Source: a virus
Lineage: Duplodnaviria > Heunggongvirae > Uroviricota > Caudoviricetes
Reading direction: 5' to 3' (one strand)
IMG/VR virus record: IMGVR_UViG_2541047681_000006
Length of the DNA: 46,617 nt
The notes beneath the pieces were generated by a model that did not search any database, was not told the origin of the DNA, and was given only the letters and a program-made list of their open reading frames with translations. Below are positions 1-9,643 of the stretch, in pieces; position 1 is the stretch's first letter, and the number at the start of each line of letters is the position of its first letter. The translations under genes and the position numbers were made by a program.

Positions 1-1143
1 CTATGCTGTTTTGATATCTACGATAATCCAGTCTTTACCACGATCATCATTGTATCGGTCGGTCATTTTTCTGGATTTATGACCTAACAACTTTTGCGTA
101 TCCAGACCCTGTTCCCGATATAACCGTTCTGACAGAGATCGCTGCTCATGAAATGTGGGCGCAGTTCCTGGCTCCCATTTTATGCCACATTTTTCCCTGG
201 CCTTTTTAAAAGCCGTTGTAAGAGTATTTGCAGACACCTGGTCTCCTCTGTTTGCTTGAGAGGTAGTGTGACGGTAATGGACCAGATATTTACTAACAAC
301 AGCATCCCTGCACTGAGATATAACTTCACGAAGGGTAATATTCAGAGCATCGCATTTCAGGTTAAGCGGAATAGCAAGTTTTGAACCGGTTTTTTCCTGA
401 GTAATGTGCAACATGTCGTCCCAGATATCAGAGAATTTCAAATTGCAGATATCGCCTAAACGTTGTCCAGTGACAAGAGCAAGTAGCATCCCGCATTTTA
501 AATAGGGCTGCCGTCTGCTTACGCTGTCAAATATTGCCTGCCATTCGGGCAGTGATAATCTTTGGCGGTTTACTCGATTTCGCGGTTGTTTTGTTGCCTG
601 CGCTGGGTTAAATCCTGGCGGAACATGTCCTGCGTGTTGTGCTTCTTTGAAGACGTCGATCAACACCATTCTCACGACTTGCGCCATCCTGTTATGACCT
701 TCAGCCTTTACAGCATCAATTATTTCGGCAATATCAAGTGCGGTAATATCCTTGAGGTGTTGCATTCCACAATGCTCACGGAAAAGACGAATGGGTTTGC
801 CTTTTTGCCGATAGGAGTTGGGTCTTAGTTCATTATGTTGCAGCCTGTCCTCCTGGATAGAAATATATTTATCAAGCCATTCTGTCACCGTAATGTCTGA
901 GCGCCTGCCTTTCATTCTTTCTAGACGCTCATTGACGCTTAATATTTGTCGGGTACGTTGTTCAGCAATAATGGTATTTGCTTCAGTAGCAACTTGTTTT
1001 GCTTCATTCTCATCAGTTCCTAAGCTATGAAAACGACCGGATAGTGGATGTTTGTATTGCCAATATACCTTTCCGGTTCGCTTATCTAATTTGCAATATA
1101 AATTGGGTATAGAGATTTTGTGAGATCGGGGTCTAGCAGCCAT
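1..1143 (-). CDS. int: phage tyrosine integrase (lambda Int family)
   Basis: 380-aa ORF with stop at 1-3; colinear with lambda Int including the C-terminal catalytic region (TFHEQRSLSERLY, LLGHKS, DRGKDW); start overlapped by an Xis-like ORF as in lambda. Confidence 0.9.
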   Translation of the reverse strand: MAARPRSHKISIPNLYCKLDKRTGKVYWQYKHPLSGRFHSLGTDENEAKQVATEANTIIAEQRTRQILSVNERLERMKGRRSDITVTEWLDKYISIQEDRLQHNELRPNSYRQKGKPIRLFREHCGMQHLKDITALDIAEIIDAVKAEGHNRMAQVVRMVLIDVFKEAQHAGHVPPGFNPAQATKQPRNRVNRQRLSLPEWQAIFDSVSRRQPYLKCGMLLALVTGQRLGDICNLKFSDIWDDMLHITQEKTGSKLAIPLNLKCDALNITLREVISQCRDAVVSKYLVHYRHTTSQANRGDQVSANTLTTAFKKAREKCGIKWEPGTAPTFHEQRSLSERLYREQGLDTQKLLGHKSRKMTDRYNDDRGKDWIIVDIKTA

Positions 1144-1369
1144 CAGCGATTATCCGTTGGAGTTTTGGGTTTGCGTTTATTGGGAGTTGCGGTTCTGCAA
1201 GCGTTCCTACAAAACGGGAATTTCGGTCAATCATCCAGTAGCGACCAACTTTTATAGCGGGTGGGGCCATCATTTTCCCTTGCGCGTATTTTTTCAGAAC
1301 TCGCTCACTTGGTGCTAAGTCCCCAAATTCTTCTTTAGCCCAGTCCTGTAAAGTGATTAGTCGAGACAT
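1133..1369 (-). CDS. xis: excisionase (Xis-like)
   Basis: 78-aa ORF overlapping the int start by 11 nt; LTLQDW and PPAIKVGRYW motifs parallel lambda Xis (LTLQEW, PPPVKDGREY). Confidence 0.7.
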   Translation of the reverse strand: MSRLITLQDWAKEEFGDLAPSERVLKKYAQGKMMAPPAIKVGRYWMIDRNSRFVGTLAEPQLPINANPKLQRIIADGC

Positions 1370-1508
1370 TTGTCCTCCTCTTAGCTGCTGAGGGAGTTTG
1401 TGACCGATATATCTGACATGATATTAAGCTCATGGCAGGTACATCTCTTGACTGGTCATAGAGATAAATTTAATGCTGAGAAATGCAGTATTGAATTTAT
1501 CAATTTTT

Positions 1509-1748
1509 CTATTTCCTGCGTATGGCACGTAACTTCTTAATGTGTTCTGCTGTTTCGATCTCTTCAGCTATCCGATCTGCGTCAGCTTTATTCACAGGTT
1601 CAAAGTCATGATTAAAGCGGAACATGCTGGCGATACATGTTCTGCCTTTTCGGATGTAGTGAACTTTGTTGTGAGTGGAACGCAGGATTTTGCAGGGAGT
1701 GCCGTGGTGGTCGACGTACCAGGTGTTAGGGTAAATCACTCTGAACAT
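1509..1748 (-). CDS. hypothetical protein
   Basis: 79-aa ORF in the early-left accessory region, same strand as neighbours; no family recognised. Confidence 0.4.
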   Translation of the reverse strand: MFRVIYPNTWYVDHHGTPCKILRSTHNKVHYIRKGRTCIASMFRFNHDFEPVNKADADRIAEEIETAEHIKKLRAIRRK

Positions 1749-1773
1749 TCTTGACCTTGTGTTGTGCGGATTG

Positions 1774-2142
1774 TTATTCAGTGCCGATATTTACCTTTAT
1801 CGCGTATACCTTTACCGGTTTATCACCGAAGTGCGGATGTGTGATTGTCTTCACTTCATATCCGTCATACGGAACATCAACTCTGCGGCTGGAATCGTCG
1901 CGCTTCGGATATCCCTTTGTGATAATCAGGCGGTCATGCTTACGGTTAACGAGGCGCTTTTTCCAGTAGTCATTACACAGGCGATACTCTTCCGTTTTCT
2001 CTCCGCGAATCATGGCATCGAAGTATTCACCTTTAACGGCAAGTTGCAGGTTAGCCACGGTTAACTCCTTGCTGTGTGGCGTCGAGTAATAAATCCCACA
2101 ACCGCTGAGAGCAATTTCCGCATGTACAGCGTTGACCCACAA
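1774..2142 (-). CDS. ASCH-domain-like protein (start uncertain)
   Basis: GEYFDAMIRGEKTEEYR resembles the ASCH N-terminal signature; annotated ORF start overlaps the upstream ORF by about 90 nt, so the true start is probably internal. Confidence 0.45.
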   Translation of the reverse strand: MWVNAVHAEIALSGCGIYYSTPHSKELTVANLQLAVKGEYFDAMIRGEKTEEYRLCNDYWKKRLVNRKHDRLIITKGYPKRDDSSRRVDVPYDGYEVKTITHPHFGDKPVKVYAIKVNIGTE

Positions 2143-2791
2143 CGTTTATCGCGTTGCTGATTTCCGGCGTTACCTGTTTAGGAACCATAACCCAACCATC
2201 CGGAGTTACCGGAAGCGAGAACGGCAGCACATCTCTGTGAACAAGTTTTTGCTGTGACAGGTTATCCAGAACTTTCTGTACTGCTGCATCACCGAATACA
2301 CCAAGCGCATCTGCCATAACTCCTACAACCTGATAAGCCTCAGCGCATACCGTGGATAAACCATCCGGAATTACCGGAGAGTTGCCGGGTTCTTTAATGT
2401 GCAAGCGAGGCTCACCATCTTTTGGCTCAGGCCACTGGCGCTCCATGTTGATCTTCAATTTATCTTCCATAGCAACGGTAATTTCAGCATCGCTGATGCC
2501 AGCACGGCGCTGTGCATCCCACAACAGAAACTGCATATCAGCCCACTCGCTAAGATCGTCTGGTTCGGCTGCGGCTTCCAGTGCCTCTTTTGAGAGGTGT
2601 TTCAGTGGACCAATGGGGCCAACGCAGCCAAATGTGGAGTCAGACCATTTGGCATGCTCGTGGCGAATCTGTTCGCGTTCCAGTGATGCCAGTGCAATTC
2701 GTGCTAGTTCCATTTGTTCGCCACGAGTAAGCCCGTTTTCAAGCGGATTTTTAATGAACAATTCAATACGTTCTTTGGTAATAGTGGTCAT
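2051..2791 (-). CDS. DUF550-type dATP/dGTP pyrophosphohydrolase-like protein
   Basis: 246-aa ORF; recalled similarity to the DUF550/MazG-like proteins common in E. coli lambdoid prophages; not verified by search. Confidence 0.5.
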   Translation of the reverse strand: MTTITKERIELFIKNPLENGLTRGEQMELARIALASLEREQIRHEHAKWSDSTFGCVGPIGPLKHLSKEALEAAAEPDDLSEWADMQFLLWDAQRRAGISDAEITVAMEDKLKINMERQWPEPKDGEPRLHIKEPGNSPVIPDGLSTVCAEAYQVVGVMADALGVFGDAAVQKVLDNLSQQKLVHRDVLPFSLPVTPDGWVMVPKQVTPEISNAINVVGQRCTCGNCSQRLWDLLLDATQQGVNRG

Positions 2792-3039
2792 GTGTTAATC
2801 CTCAAAACTTTATGCCCGGGCGCAAAAGTACGTGTTTTGTCTTTGCTTATTCGCCACCCGTCTTTACGGGCCTCTTTTGCACAACCAGACCATGACGTAC
2901 CGATATACTCACCGAAGTCTGGCACTGGATATACACCTTCCGTACACTGGCGACAATCACAATAGAGATGCATGGTGTAACTTGCGGCAATAGCCATATC
3001 ACTCTCTTTTTCCCTGAAGCATGGCAGCGTGGCAGGCAT
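2788..3039 (-). CDS. hypothetical Cys-rich protein
   Basis: 83-aa ORF, stop/start coupled to neighbours; several Cys residues (CDCRQC). Confidence 0.4.
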   Translation of the reverse strand: MPATLPCFREKESDMAIAASYTMHLYCDCRQCTEGVYPVPDFGEYIGTSWSGCAKEARKDGWRISKDKTRTFAPGHKVLRINT

Positions 3040-3607
3040 CCTCTACGCCCTTAACTGCATCTGCGCAGTAGTTATAGCGATTGCATTCCACTAACTTCTG
3101 CCTGAGATTTTCAATTGCTTGCGCGACATCAGCCTGTATTACAGGAACTGGCGGAACGGCTGTCTGCTGCTCTCGAACGTCATTAGTCGCTATCGGTTCT
3201 GCTGCCAACTGACTGGCATATTTGTTAATGGTAACGATAAGCTCTTGCTCAGCCTCATCCAGACAATCACCGATACCTCGCCTGTCGCCGTCAAAATCAT
3301 CGAAATCAGCACGAACTCTGGCAAATTTCAGGATTGCGGACAACACCTCACCAGGAATTACCGGAGAGTTGGTTGACGTTTCCGAAATTTCCCGAAAATT
3401 ATTGGTTGACGAATTCGCGTTTTCCCGAAAGTTTCCGGCATGAAGCATAGCCGCGCGGCAGGCGTTCCAGCCTCTCACCTCTGCAATAGCGGCAACAGCA
3501 TCGACCGCGTACATGCTAAGAGGGTTAGGCATTGGTTTTTCTTCAGGTACTACTGGCACTGGCTTGGCATATATAGCGGCTGAACATACCAACCCTTTGA
3601 TAACCAA
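2999..3607 (-). CDS. hypothetical protein with repeated PV(V/I)P linker motifs
   Basis: 202-aa ORF; contains KPVPVVPEE, NSPVIPGEV and PPVPVIQ motifs also seen in adjacent ORFs. Confidence 0.45.
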   Translation of the reverse strand: MVIKGLVCSAAIYAKPVPVVPEEKPMPNPLSMYAVDAVAAIAEVRGWNACRAAMLHAGNFRENANSSTNNFREISETSTNSPVIPGEVLSAILKFARVRADFDDFDGDRRGIGDCLDEAEQELIVTINKYASQLAAEPIATNDVREQQTAVPPVPVIQADVAQAIENLRQKLVECNRYNYCADAVKGVEDACHAAMLQGKRE

Positions 3608-3804
3608 CTGTCAGCAATGTTTTTACTCCTCGTTATTGCCGGAATACCTAAGCCATTGTCTGAATGCAGCCATGCCACCGGATTCTCTTCCAGCGATGCC
3701 AGAGCAATTTCATAAGCCCGGCGCTCAACATTGTCTCGCACATCCAAACTGCTGATACGCTCTTTGATTTCTTTAATCAGTTCTTTGTCGGTAAAAGTGC
3801 TCAT
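3550..3804 (-). CDS. hypothetical protein
   Basis: ORF trimmed to the ATG at 3804 (MSTFTDKELIKEIK), which abuts the stop of the upstream Ea22-like gene. Confidence 0.4.
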   Translation of the reverse strand: MSTFTDKELIKEIKERISSLDVRDNVERRAYEIALASLEENPVAWLHSDNGLGIPAITRSKNIADSWLSKGWYVQPLYMPSQCQ

Positions 3805-3805
3805 A

Positions 3806-4570
3806 TCAATCTCCATTGGTATCAATGTTTACAGCCTGACAAGACTCTTTGAGCACCCAGTCAATAGCGTCTTTCCATGCCTCTGTTTCGACTGGTGGAT
3901 TTTCACGCTTAACCTGTTCATAGAAGCGCACTGCTTTAACCAGTCCTTCCGGTACTACTGGTGATGGCTGTTTAGCTTCTAAATCAGCAATTCTGTCAAC
4001 CACGGCATCGACAGCATCTGAAAAGCCGAACCAGTTGCTCCACTCCGGCTCATCCCCGGTTGCTGCAAAGTACATATCTGCTAAAGCAGATTCAGCATGG
4101 TCACGCTCGTTAATGAGTTGCTCTTCGCTTTTCTCCAGTTCAGCAATACGCTTACCCCCATCCGAGATAACACCTTCGTAATACTCACGCTGCTCGTTGA
4201 GTTTTGATTTTGTCTCCTCAAGCTCAACTCTCAGCTTCCCAACAGTAAGAGCAATATCCTCGTTCTCCTGGTCGCGGCGTTTTATGTATTGCTGGTTTCT
4301 TTCCCGTTCATCCAGCAGTGCCAGCACAGTAGCCGGATTGGCTGCGGCGATGAATTCAGCATTGGCCTGCTGTTCCATTTGGAAATCTTCATCGAAACCG
4401 CTTTCTGGATGCGCTCCTTCAATTCTGCAAATGGGAATATATCCAGCAACTTCACGATGAATTAGCGCATAATCACCATCAAATCGGCTCTCTCCATATT
4501 CGAGCGACCACTCACCACACGTTGCTTTTTCTGCCGCTTCACGCAGTGCCTGATAGTTAATTTCGCTCAC
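3806..4570 (-). CDS. Ea22-like protein (coiled-coil)
   Basis: 254-aa ORF; acidic coiled-coil central region (ELEETKSKLNEQREYYEG, IAELEKSEEQLINERD) typical of the ead/Ea22-like family of lambdoid early-left regions. Confidence 0.55.
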   Translation of the reverse strand: MSEINYQALREAAEKATCGEWSLEYGESRFDGDYALIHREVAGYIPICRIEGAHPESGFDEDFQMEQQANAEFIAAANPATVLALLDERERNQQYIKRRDQENEDIALTVGKLRVELEETKSKLNEQREYYEGVISDGGKRIAELEKSEEQLINERDHAESALADMYFAATGDEPEWSNWFGFSDAVDAVVDRIADLEAKQPSPVVPEGLVKAVRFYEQVKRENPPVETEAWKDAIDWVLKESCQAVNIDTNGD

Positions 4571-4788
4571 TTCGAACCTCTCTGTTTACTGATAAGCTCC
4601 AGATCCTCCTGGCAACTTGCACAAGTCCGACAACCCTGAACGACCAGGCGTCTTCGTTCATCTATGGGATCGCCACACTCACAACAATGAGTGGCGGATA
4701 TAGTCTGGTAGTTCAGACGACGCATTTTTATTGCTGTATTGCGCTGTAATTCTTCAATTTCTGATGCTGAATCAATGATGTCCGCCAT
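4567..4788 (-). CDS. TraR/DksA-family C4 zinc-finger protein
   Basis: 73-aa ORF with CxxC...CxxC (CCECGDPIDERRRLVVQGCRTCASC), typical of phage TraR/DksA-like zinc fingers. Confidence 0.6.
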   Translation of the reverse strand: MADIIDSASEIEELQRNTAIKMRRLNYQTISATHCCECGDPIDERRRLVVQGCRTCASCQEDLELISKQRGSK

Positions 4789-4886
4789 CTTTCATTAATC
4801 CCTGAATTGTTGGTTAATACGCTTGAGGGTGAATGCGAATAATAAAAAAGGAGCCTGTAGCTCCCTGATGATTTTGCTTTTCATGT

Positions 4887-5168
4887 TCACCGTTCCTTAA
4901 AGACGCCGTTTAACATGCCGATCGCCAGGCTTAAATGAGTCGGTGTGAATCCCATCAGCGTTACCGTTTCGCGGTGCTTCTTTAGTACGCTACGGCAAAT
5001 GTCATCGACGTTTTTATCCGGAAACTGCTGTCTGGCTTTTTTGATTTCAGAATTAGCCTGACGGGCAATGCTGCGAAGGGCGTTTTCTTGCTGAGGTGTC
5101 ACTGAACAAGCCCCATGTCGGCAAGCATAAGCACACAGAATATGAAGCCCGCTGCCAGAAAAATGCAT
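4887..5168 (-). CDS. hypothetical protein
   Basis: 93-aa ORF between the zinc-finger gene and exo-proximal small ORFs; start uncertain. Confidence 0.3.
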   Translation of the reverse strand: MHFSGSGLHILCAYACRHGACSVTPQQENALRSIARQANSEIKKARQQFPDKNVDDICRSVLKKHRETVTLMGFTPTHLSLAIGMLNGVFKER

Positions 5169-5178
5169 TCAGTGGTTG

Positions 5179-5370
5179 TCATACCTGGTCTCTCTCATCT
5201 GCTTCTGCTTTCGCCACCATCATTTCCAGCTTTTGTGAAAGGGATGTGGCTAACGTATGAAATTCTTCGTCTGTTTCTACTGGTATTGGCACAAACCTGA
5301 CTCCAATTTGAGCAAGGCTATGTGCCATCTCAATACTCGTTCTTAACTCAACAGGAGATGCTTTGTGCAT
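5179..5370 (-). CDS. hypothetical small protein (lambda orf60a-region-like)
   Basis: 63-aa ORF in the position of the small lambda ORFs upstream of exo. Confidence 0.4.
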   Translation of the reverse strand: MHKASPVELRTSIEMAHSLAQIGVRFVPIPVETDEEFHTLATSLSQKLEMMVAKAEADERDQV

Positions 5371-5531
5371 ACCGCCTCCCGTTTATTATTTATCTTCTCA
5401 GCCAGCCGCTGTGCTTTCAGTGGATTTCTGATAACAGAAAGGCCGGGAAATACCCAGCCTCGCTTTGTAACGGAGTAGACGAAAGTGATCGCGCCTACCC
5501 GGATATTATCGTGAGGATGCGTCATCGCCAT
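5343..5531 (-). CDS. hypothetical small protein
   Basis: 62-aa ORF immediately downstream of exo on the same strand. Confidence 0.4.
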   Translation of the reverse strand: MAMTHPHDNIRVGAITFVYSVTKRGWVFPGLSVIRNPLKAQRLAEKINNKREAVCTKHLLLS

Positions 5532-6202
5532 TGCTCCCCAAATACAAAACTAATTTCAGCCAGTGCCTCGTCCATTTTTTCGATGAACTCCGGCACCATC
5601 TCGTCAAAACTCGCCATGTACTTTTCATCCCGCTCAACCACGACATAATGCAGTCCTTCACGCTTCATACGCGGGTCATAGTTGGCAAAGTACCAGGCAT
5701 CTTTTCGCGTCACCCACATGCTGTACTGCACCTGGGCCATGTAAGCCGATTTTATGGCCTCGAAACCACCGAGCCGGAACTTCATGAAATCCCGGGAGGT
5801 AAACGGGCATTTCAGCTCAAGGCCGTTGCCGTCACTGCATAAACCATCGGGAGAGCAGGCGGTGCGCATACTTTCGTCGCGATAGATGATCGGGGATTCA
5901 GTAACATTCACGCCGGAAGTAAACTCAAACAGGGCTCTGGCGTCGTTCTCGTACTGTTTTCCCCAAGCCAGCGCCTTAGCGTTAACTTCCGGAGCCACAC
6001 CGGTGCAAACCTCAGCAAGCAGGGTGTGGAAGTAGGACATTTTCATGTCAGGCCATTTCTTTCCGGAGCGGGGTTTTGCTATCACGTTGTGAACTTCTGA
6101 AGCGGTGATGACGCCGAGCCGTAATTTGTGCCATGCATCATCCCCCTGTTCGACAGCTCTCACGTCGATCCCGGTACGCTGCAGGATAATGTCCGGTGTC
6201 AT
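5522..6202 (-). CDS. exo: lambda exonuclease (Red alpha)
   Basis: 226-aa ORF near-identical to remembered lambda Exo ([40 protein letters not shown]...). Confidence 0.95.
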   Translation of the reverse strand: MTPDIILQRTGIDVRAVEQGDDAWHKLRLGVITASEVHNVIAKPRSGKKWPDMKMSYFHTLLAEVCTGVAPEVNAKALAWGKQYENDARALFEFTSGVNVTESPIIYRDESMRTACSPDGLCSDGNGLELKCPFTSRDFMKFRLGGFEAIKSAYMAQVQYSMWVTRKDAWYFANYDPRMKREGLHYVVVERDEKYMASFDEMVPEFIEKMDEALAEISFVFGEQWR

Positions 6203-6984
6203 GCTGCCACCTTCTGCTCAGTGGCTTTCTGTTTCAGGAATCCAAGAGCTTTCACTGCTTCGGCCTGTGTCAGTTCTGACGATGCGCGAATGTCGCGGCG
6301 AAATATCTGGGAACAGAGCGGCAATAAGTCGTCATCCCATGTTTTATCCAGGGCGATCAGCAGAGTGTTAATCTCCTGCATGGTTTCATCGTTAACCGGA
6401 GTGATGTCGCGTTCCGGCTGACGTTCTGCAGTGTATGCGGTATTTTCGACAATGCGCTCGGCTTCATCCTTGTCATAGATACCAGCAAATCCGAAGGCGA
6501 GACGGGCACACTGAATCATGGCTTTATGCCGTAACATCCGTTTGGGATGCGACTGCCACGGCCCCGTGATTTCTCTGCCTTCGCGGGTTTTGAATGGTTC
6601 GCGGCGGCATTCATCCATCCACTCGGTAACGCAGATCGGATGATTGCGGTCTTTGCGGTAAATCCGGCATGTACATGATTCATTGTCCTGCTCAAAGTCC
6701 ATACCATCAAACTGCTGGTTTTCATTGATGATGCGGGACCAGCCATCAACGCCCACCACCGGAACAATGCCGTTCTGCTTATCAGGGAAGGCGTAAATTT
6801 CTTTCGTCCACGGATTAAGGCCGTACTGGTTGGCGACGATCAACAATGCGATGAACTGCGCATCGCTGGCATCACCTTTAAATGCCGTCTGGCGAAGAGT
6901 GGTGATCAGTTCCTGTGGGTCGACAGAATCCATGCCGACACGTTCAGCCAGCTTCCCTGCCAGCGTTGCGAGTGCTGTACTCAT
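6199..6984 (-). CDS. bet: Red beta single-strand annealing protein
   Basis: 261-aa ORF matching lambda Bet; 4-nt overlap with exo. Confidence 0.95.
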   Translation of the reverse strand: MSTALATLAGKLAERVGMDSVDPQELITTLRQTAFKGDASDAQFIALLIVANQYGLNPWTKEIYAFPDKQNGIVPVVGVDGWSRIINENQQFDGMDFEQDNESCTCRIYRKDRNHPICVTEWMDECRREPFKTREGREITGPWQSHPKRMLRHKAMIQCARLAFGFAGIYDKDEAERIVENTAYTAERQPERDITPVNDETMQEINTLLIALDKTWDDDLLPLCSQIFRRDIRASSELTQAEAVKALGFLKQKATEQKVAA

Positions 6985-6989
6985 CCGTT

Positions 6990-7286
6990 TTATACCTCTG
7001 AATCAATATCAGCCTGATGGTGAGCAATGGTTTCAACTATGTACCGGATGTGTTCTGCCATGCGCTCCTGAAACTCAACATCGTCATCAAACGCACGGGT
7101 AATGGCTTTTTTGCTGGCCCCGTGGCGTTGTAAATGATCGATGCATAGCGATTCAAACAGGTGCTGGGGCAGGCCTTTTTCCATGTCGTCTGCCAGTTCT
7201 GCCTCTTTCTCTTCACGGGCGATCTGCTGGTAGTGACGCGCCCAGCTCTGAGCCTCAAGACGATCCTGAATGTAATAAGCGTTCAT
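6990..7286 (-). CDS. gam: Gam, RecBCD inhibitor
   Basis: 98-aa ORF matching the short form of lambda Gam ([21 protein letters not shown]...DIDSEV). Confidence 0.9.
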   Translation of the reverse strand: MNAYYIQDRLEAQSWARHYQQIAREEKEAELADDMEKGLPQHLFESLCIDHLQRHGASKKAITRAFDDDVEFQERMAEHIRYIVETIAHHQADIDSEV

Positions 7287-7361
7287 GGCTGAACTCCTGA
7301 AAATGGCTGTGAAAATATCGCCCGCGAAATGCCAGGCTGATTAGGAAAACAGGAAAGGGGG

Positions 7362-7505
7362 TTAGTGAATGCTTTTGCTTGATCTCAGTTTCAGTATTAA
7401 TATCCATTTTTTATAAGCGTCGACGGCCTCACGAAACATCTTTTCATCGCCAATAAAAGTGGCGATAGTGAATTTAGTCTGGATAGCCATAATTGTTTGA
7501 TCCAT
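7362..7505 (-). CDS. kil: Kil, host cell-division inhibitor
   Basis: Internal ATG at 7505 gives a 47-aa product [47 protein letters not shown] matching lambda Kil. Confidence 0.8.
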   Translation of the reverse strand: MDQTIMAIQTKFTIATFIGDEKMFREAVDAYKKWILILKLRSSKSIH

Positions 7506-7638
7506 TTTTTGGGACTCCTGGCTGATTAAGTATGTCGATAAGGCGTTTCCATCCGTCACGTAATTTACGGGTGATTCGTTCAAGTAAAGATTCGGAAGGG
7601 CAGCCAGCAACAGGCCACCCTGCAATGGCATATTGCAT
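7474..7638 (-). CDS. cIII: CIII, FtsH inhibitor / CII stabiliser
   Basis: 54-aa ORF (below the ORF-track cutoff) translated by hand: [54 protein letters not shown], matching lambda CIII; overlaps kil in another frame. Confidence 0.8.
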   Translation of the reverse strand: MQYAIAGWPVAGCPSESLLERITRKLRDGWKRLIDILNQPGVPKNGSNNYGYPD

Positions 7639-7710
7639 GGTGTGCTCCTTATTTATACATAACGAAAAACGCCTCGAGTGAAGCGTAATTGGTATGCGGT
7701 AACGCCGCGC

Positions 7711-8079
7711 TCAGGCGGCCTTGATAGTCATATCATCTGAATCAAATATTCCTGATGTATCGATATCGGTAATTCTTATTCCTTCACTACCATCCATTGG
7801 AGGCCATCCTTCCTGACCATTTCCATCATTCCAGTCGAACTCACACACAACACCATATGCATTTAAGTCGCTTGAAATTGCTATAAGCAGAGCATGTTGC
7901 GCCAGCATGATTAATACAGCATTTAATACAGAGCCGTGTTTATTGAGTCGGTATTCAGAGTCTGACCAGAAATTATTAATCTGGTGAAGTTTTTCCTCTG
8001 TCATTACGTCATGGTCAATTTCAATTTCTATTGATGCTTTCCAGTCGTAATCAATGATGTATTTTTTGATGTTTGACAT
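7711..8079 (-). CDS. ea10: Ea10-like protein
   Basis: 122-aa ORF in the lambda ea10 position between cIII and ral; matches remembered Ea10. Confidence 0.65.
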   Translation of the reverse strand: MSNIKKYIIDYDWKASIEIEIDHDVMTEEKLHQINNFWSDSEYRLNKHGSVLNAVLIMLAQHALLIAISSDLNAYGVVCEFDWNDGNGQEGWPPMDGSEGIRITDIDTSGIFDSDDMTIKAA

Positions 8080-8093
8080 CTATTCATATCCTC

Positions 8094-8125
8094 ATAGATA
8101 AAAAATCGCCCTCACACTGGAGGGC
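8094..8125 (-). terminator. intrinsic terminator between ral and ea10 (tL2-like)
   Basis: On the minus strand: stem GCCCTC/GAGGGC with 6-nt loop, followed by a T-run (GATTTTTTAT). Confidence 0.45.
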
Positions 8126-8261
8126 AAAGAAGATTTCCAATAATCAGAACAAGTCGGCTCCTGTTTAGTTACGAGCGACATTGCTCCGTGTATTCACTCG
8201 TTGGAATGAATACACAGTGCAGTGTTTATTCTGTTATTTATGCCAAAAATAAAGGCCACTA

Positions 8262-8462
8262 TCAGGCAGCTTTGTTGTTCTGTTTACCAAGTTCTCTGGC
8301 AATCATTGCCGTCGTTCGTATTGCCCATTTATCGACATATTTCCCATCTTCCATTACAGGAAACATTTCTTCAGGCTTAACCATGCATTCCGATTGCAGC
8401 TTGCATCCATTGCATCGTTTGAATTGTCCACACCATTGATTTGTATCAATAGTCGTAGTCAT
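8262..8462 (-). CDS. ral: Ral, restriction alleviation protein
   Basis: 66-aa ORF matching lambda Ral (MTTTIDTNQWCGQFKRCNGCKLQSECMVKPEEMFPVMEDGKYVDKW...). Confidence 0.85.
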   Translation of the reverse strand: MTTTIDTNQWCGQFKRCNGCKLQSECMVKPEEMFPVMEDGKYVDKWAIRTTAMIARELGKQNNKAA

Positions 8463-8532
8463 ACGGATAGTCCTGGTATTGTTCCATCACATCTTGAGGA
8501 TGCTCTTCGAACTCTTCAAATTCTTCTTCCAT
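8446..8532 (-). CDS. orf28-like acidic peptide
   Basis: 28-aa ORF translated by hand (MEEEFEEFEEHPQDVMEQYQDYPYDYDY); corresponds to the small lambda ORF upstream of ral. Confidence 0.45.
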   Translation of the reverse strand: MEEEFEEFEEHPQDVMEQYQDYPYDYDY

Positions 8533-8675
8533 ATATCACCTTAAATAGTGGATTGCGGTAGTAAAGATTGTGCCTGTCTTTTAACCACATCAGGCTCGGT
8601 GGTTCTCGTGTACCCCTACAACGAGAAATCGGATAAACTCTATTCACCCCTACAGAGAGCAAAAGAGAAACGCCG

Positions 8676-9257
8676 ATGAACAACTCATGGTGGCAGGAAC
8701 TAATGCATTTTTTCCTGCAAGGAATGACACTTAAACAGTTGATTCATATGCTAATCATCCTGATCATATTGATTATTGTTATGCCGGTAAGCGTAAAAGA
8801 ATGGATAAACCTGCATAGTCCAGAAATCCTTCCTCATTACTGGATGTATTACATCCTGTTGTTTTGCGTTAGCTATGTGCTTAACGGCGTTGTTAATTCC
8901 GCTTATCACGCTGTGACTGAAAGAATTGAGGTATTCGCTGCTCAGAAGCGCAAATCTAAAGAAGAAAAATATGTGCAAGATTTGTTTGATTCGTTAACTC
9001 TTGGAGAAAGAGCGTATTTGGCATTCGCTGTAGCCGCTAATAACCAGCTACAAACGGAAAAGGGCGCTCATGAATCAATTTCATTGCTCAAAAAAGGACT
9101 CCTCGTTCGAAGGCCTCCTGCTGTTGGATATCCTGATACCGACCGTTTCGTTATCCCTGAAAGCTATAGACATGAGTGCTACATTAGGTTTGCCGGGAAG
9201 GCAGACAGCCTTATGGATGAACTTATCGCTCAGGATAAGCATGGCAAAAACAAGTAA
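8676..9257 (+). CDS. sieB: SieB superinfection exclusion protein
   Basis: 193-aa ORF with N-terminal hydrophobic segment, on the strand opposite the pL operon as in lambda; matches remembered lambda SieB. Confidence 0.85.
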   Translation: MNNSWWQELMHFFLQGMTLKQLIHMLIILIILIIVMPVSVKEWINLHSPEILPHYWMYYILLFCVSYVLNGVVNSAYHAVTERIEVFAAQKRKSKEEKYVQDLFDSLTLGERAYLAFAVAANNQLQTEKGAHESISLLKKGLLVRRPPAVGYPDTDRFVIPESYRHECYIRFAGKADSLMDELIAQDKHGKNK

Positions 9258-9273
9258 TTAGCAAATGAATTTA

Positions 9274-9546
9274 TCATCTCGCCGTCAGTTGTTTTGATTT
9301 CCGGTAGCCTGCCGCGTAAAGAGCTACGTTCGGAAGACAAGTTGAACCTTCATATTTTCTGGTCAACGTTGTCAGAGTTATCACTTCTGCTCTCATTGCT
9401 GGTTTGAGCTTGCATTGCAAGACCACTCGTGAAGGGGTTGGCCTGTGTAGCTTGTCGGAGCTGATCGCCTCCTGACTTTGCAGATTTGCGCGACGAGCTC
9501 TACGGCGAGAAGCTGCGGTGCCTTTAAATTCTGTTTTTCTGGACAT
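9274..9546 (-). CDS. N: N-like transcription antitermination protein
   Basis: First gene downstream of nutL on the leftward operon; start set at ATG 9546 (MSRKTEFKGTAASRRRARRANLQ) giving an N-terminal arginine-rich motif like lambda N (TRRRERRAEKQ); rest of protein is not lambda N. Confidence 0.6.
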   Translation of the reverse strand: MSRKTEFKGTAASRRRARRANLQSQEAISSDKLHRPTPSRVVLQCKLKPAMRAEVITLTTLTRKYEGSTCLPNVALYAAGYRKSKQLTAR

Positions 9547-9643
9547 GGATTCCTCCCGAATAAACTTTGGCGATGCAATCTCGAAGCTCCTCCTGAGACG
9601 GTTGCTTCGGCATTGCATCCCACAGCTTATGTGGTTGGGTGAT

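Noticed and set aside
148-1030. Plus-strand ORFs (78, 88, 70 aa) inside the integrase gene
   Set aside because: Overlap the conserved int coding sequence on the opposite strand; no RBS or homology.
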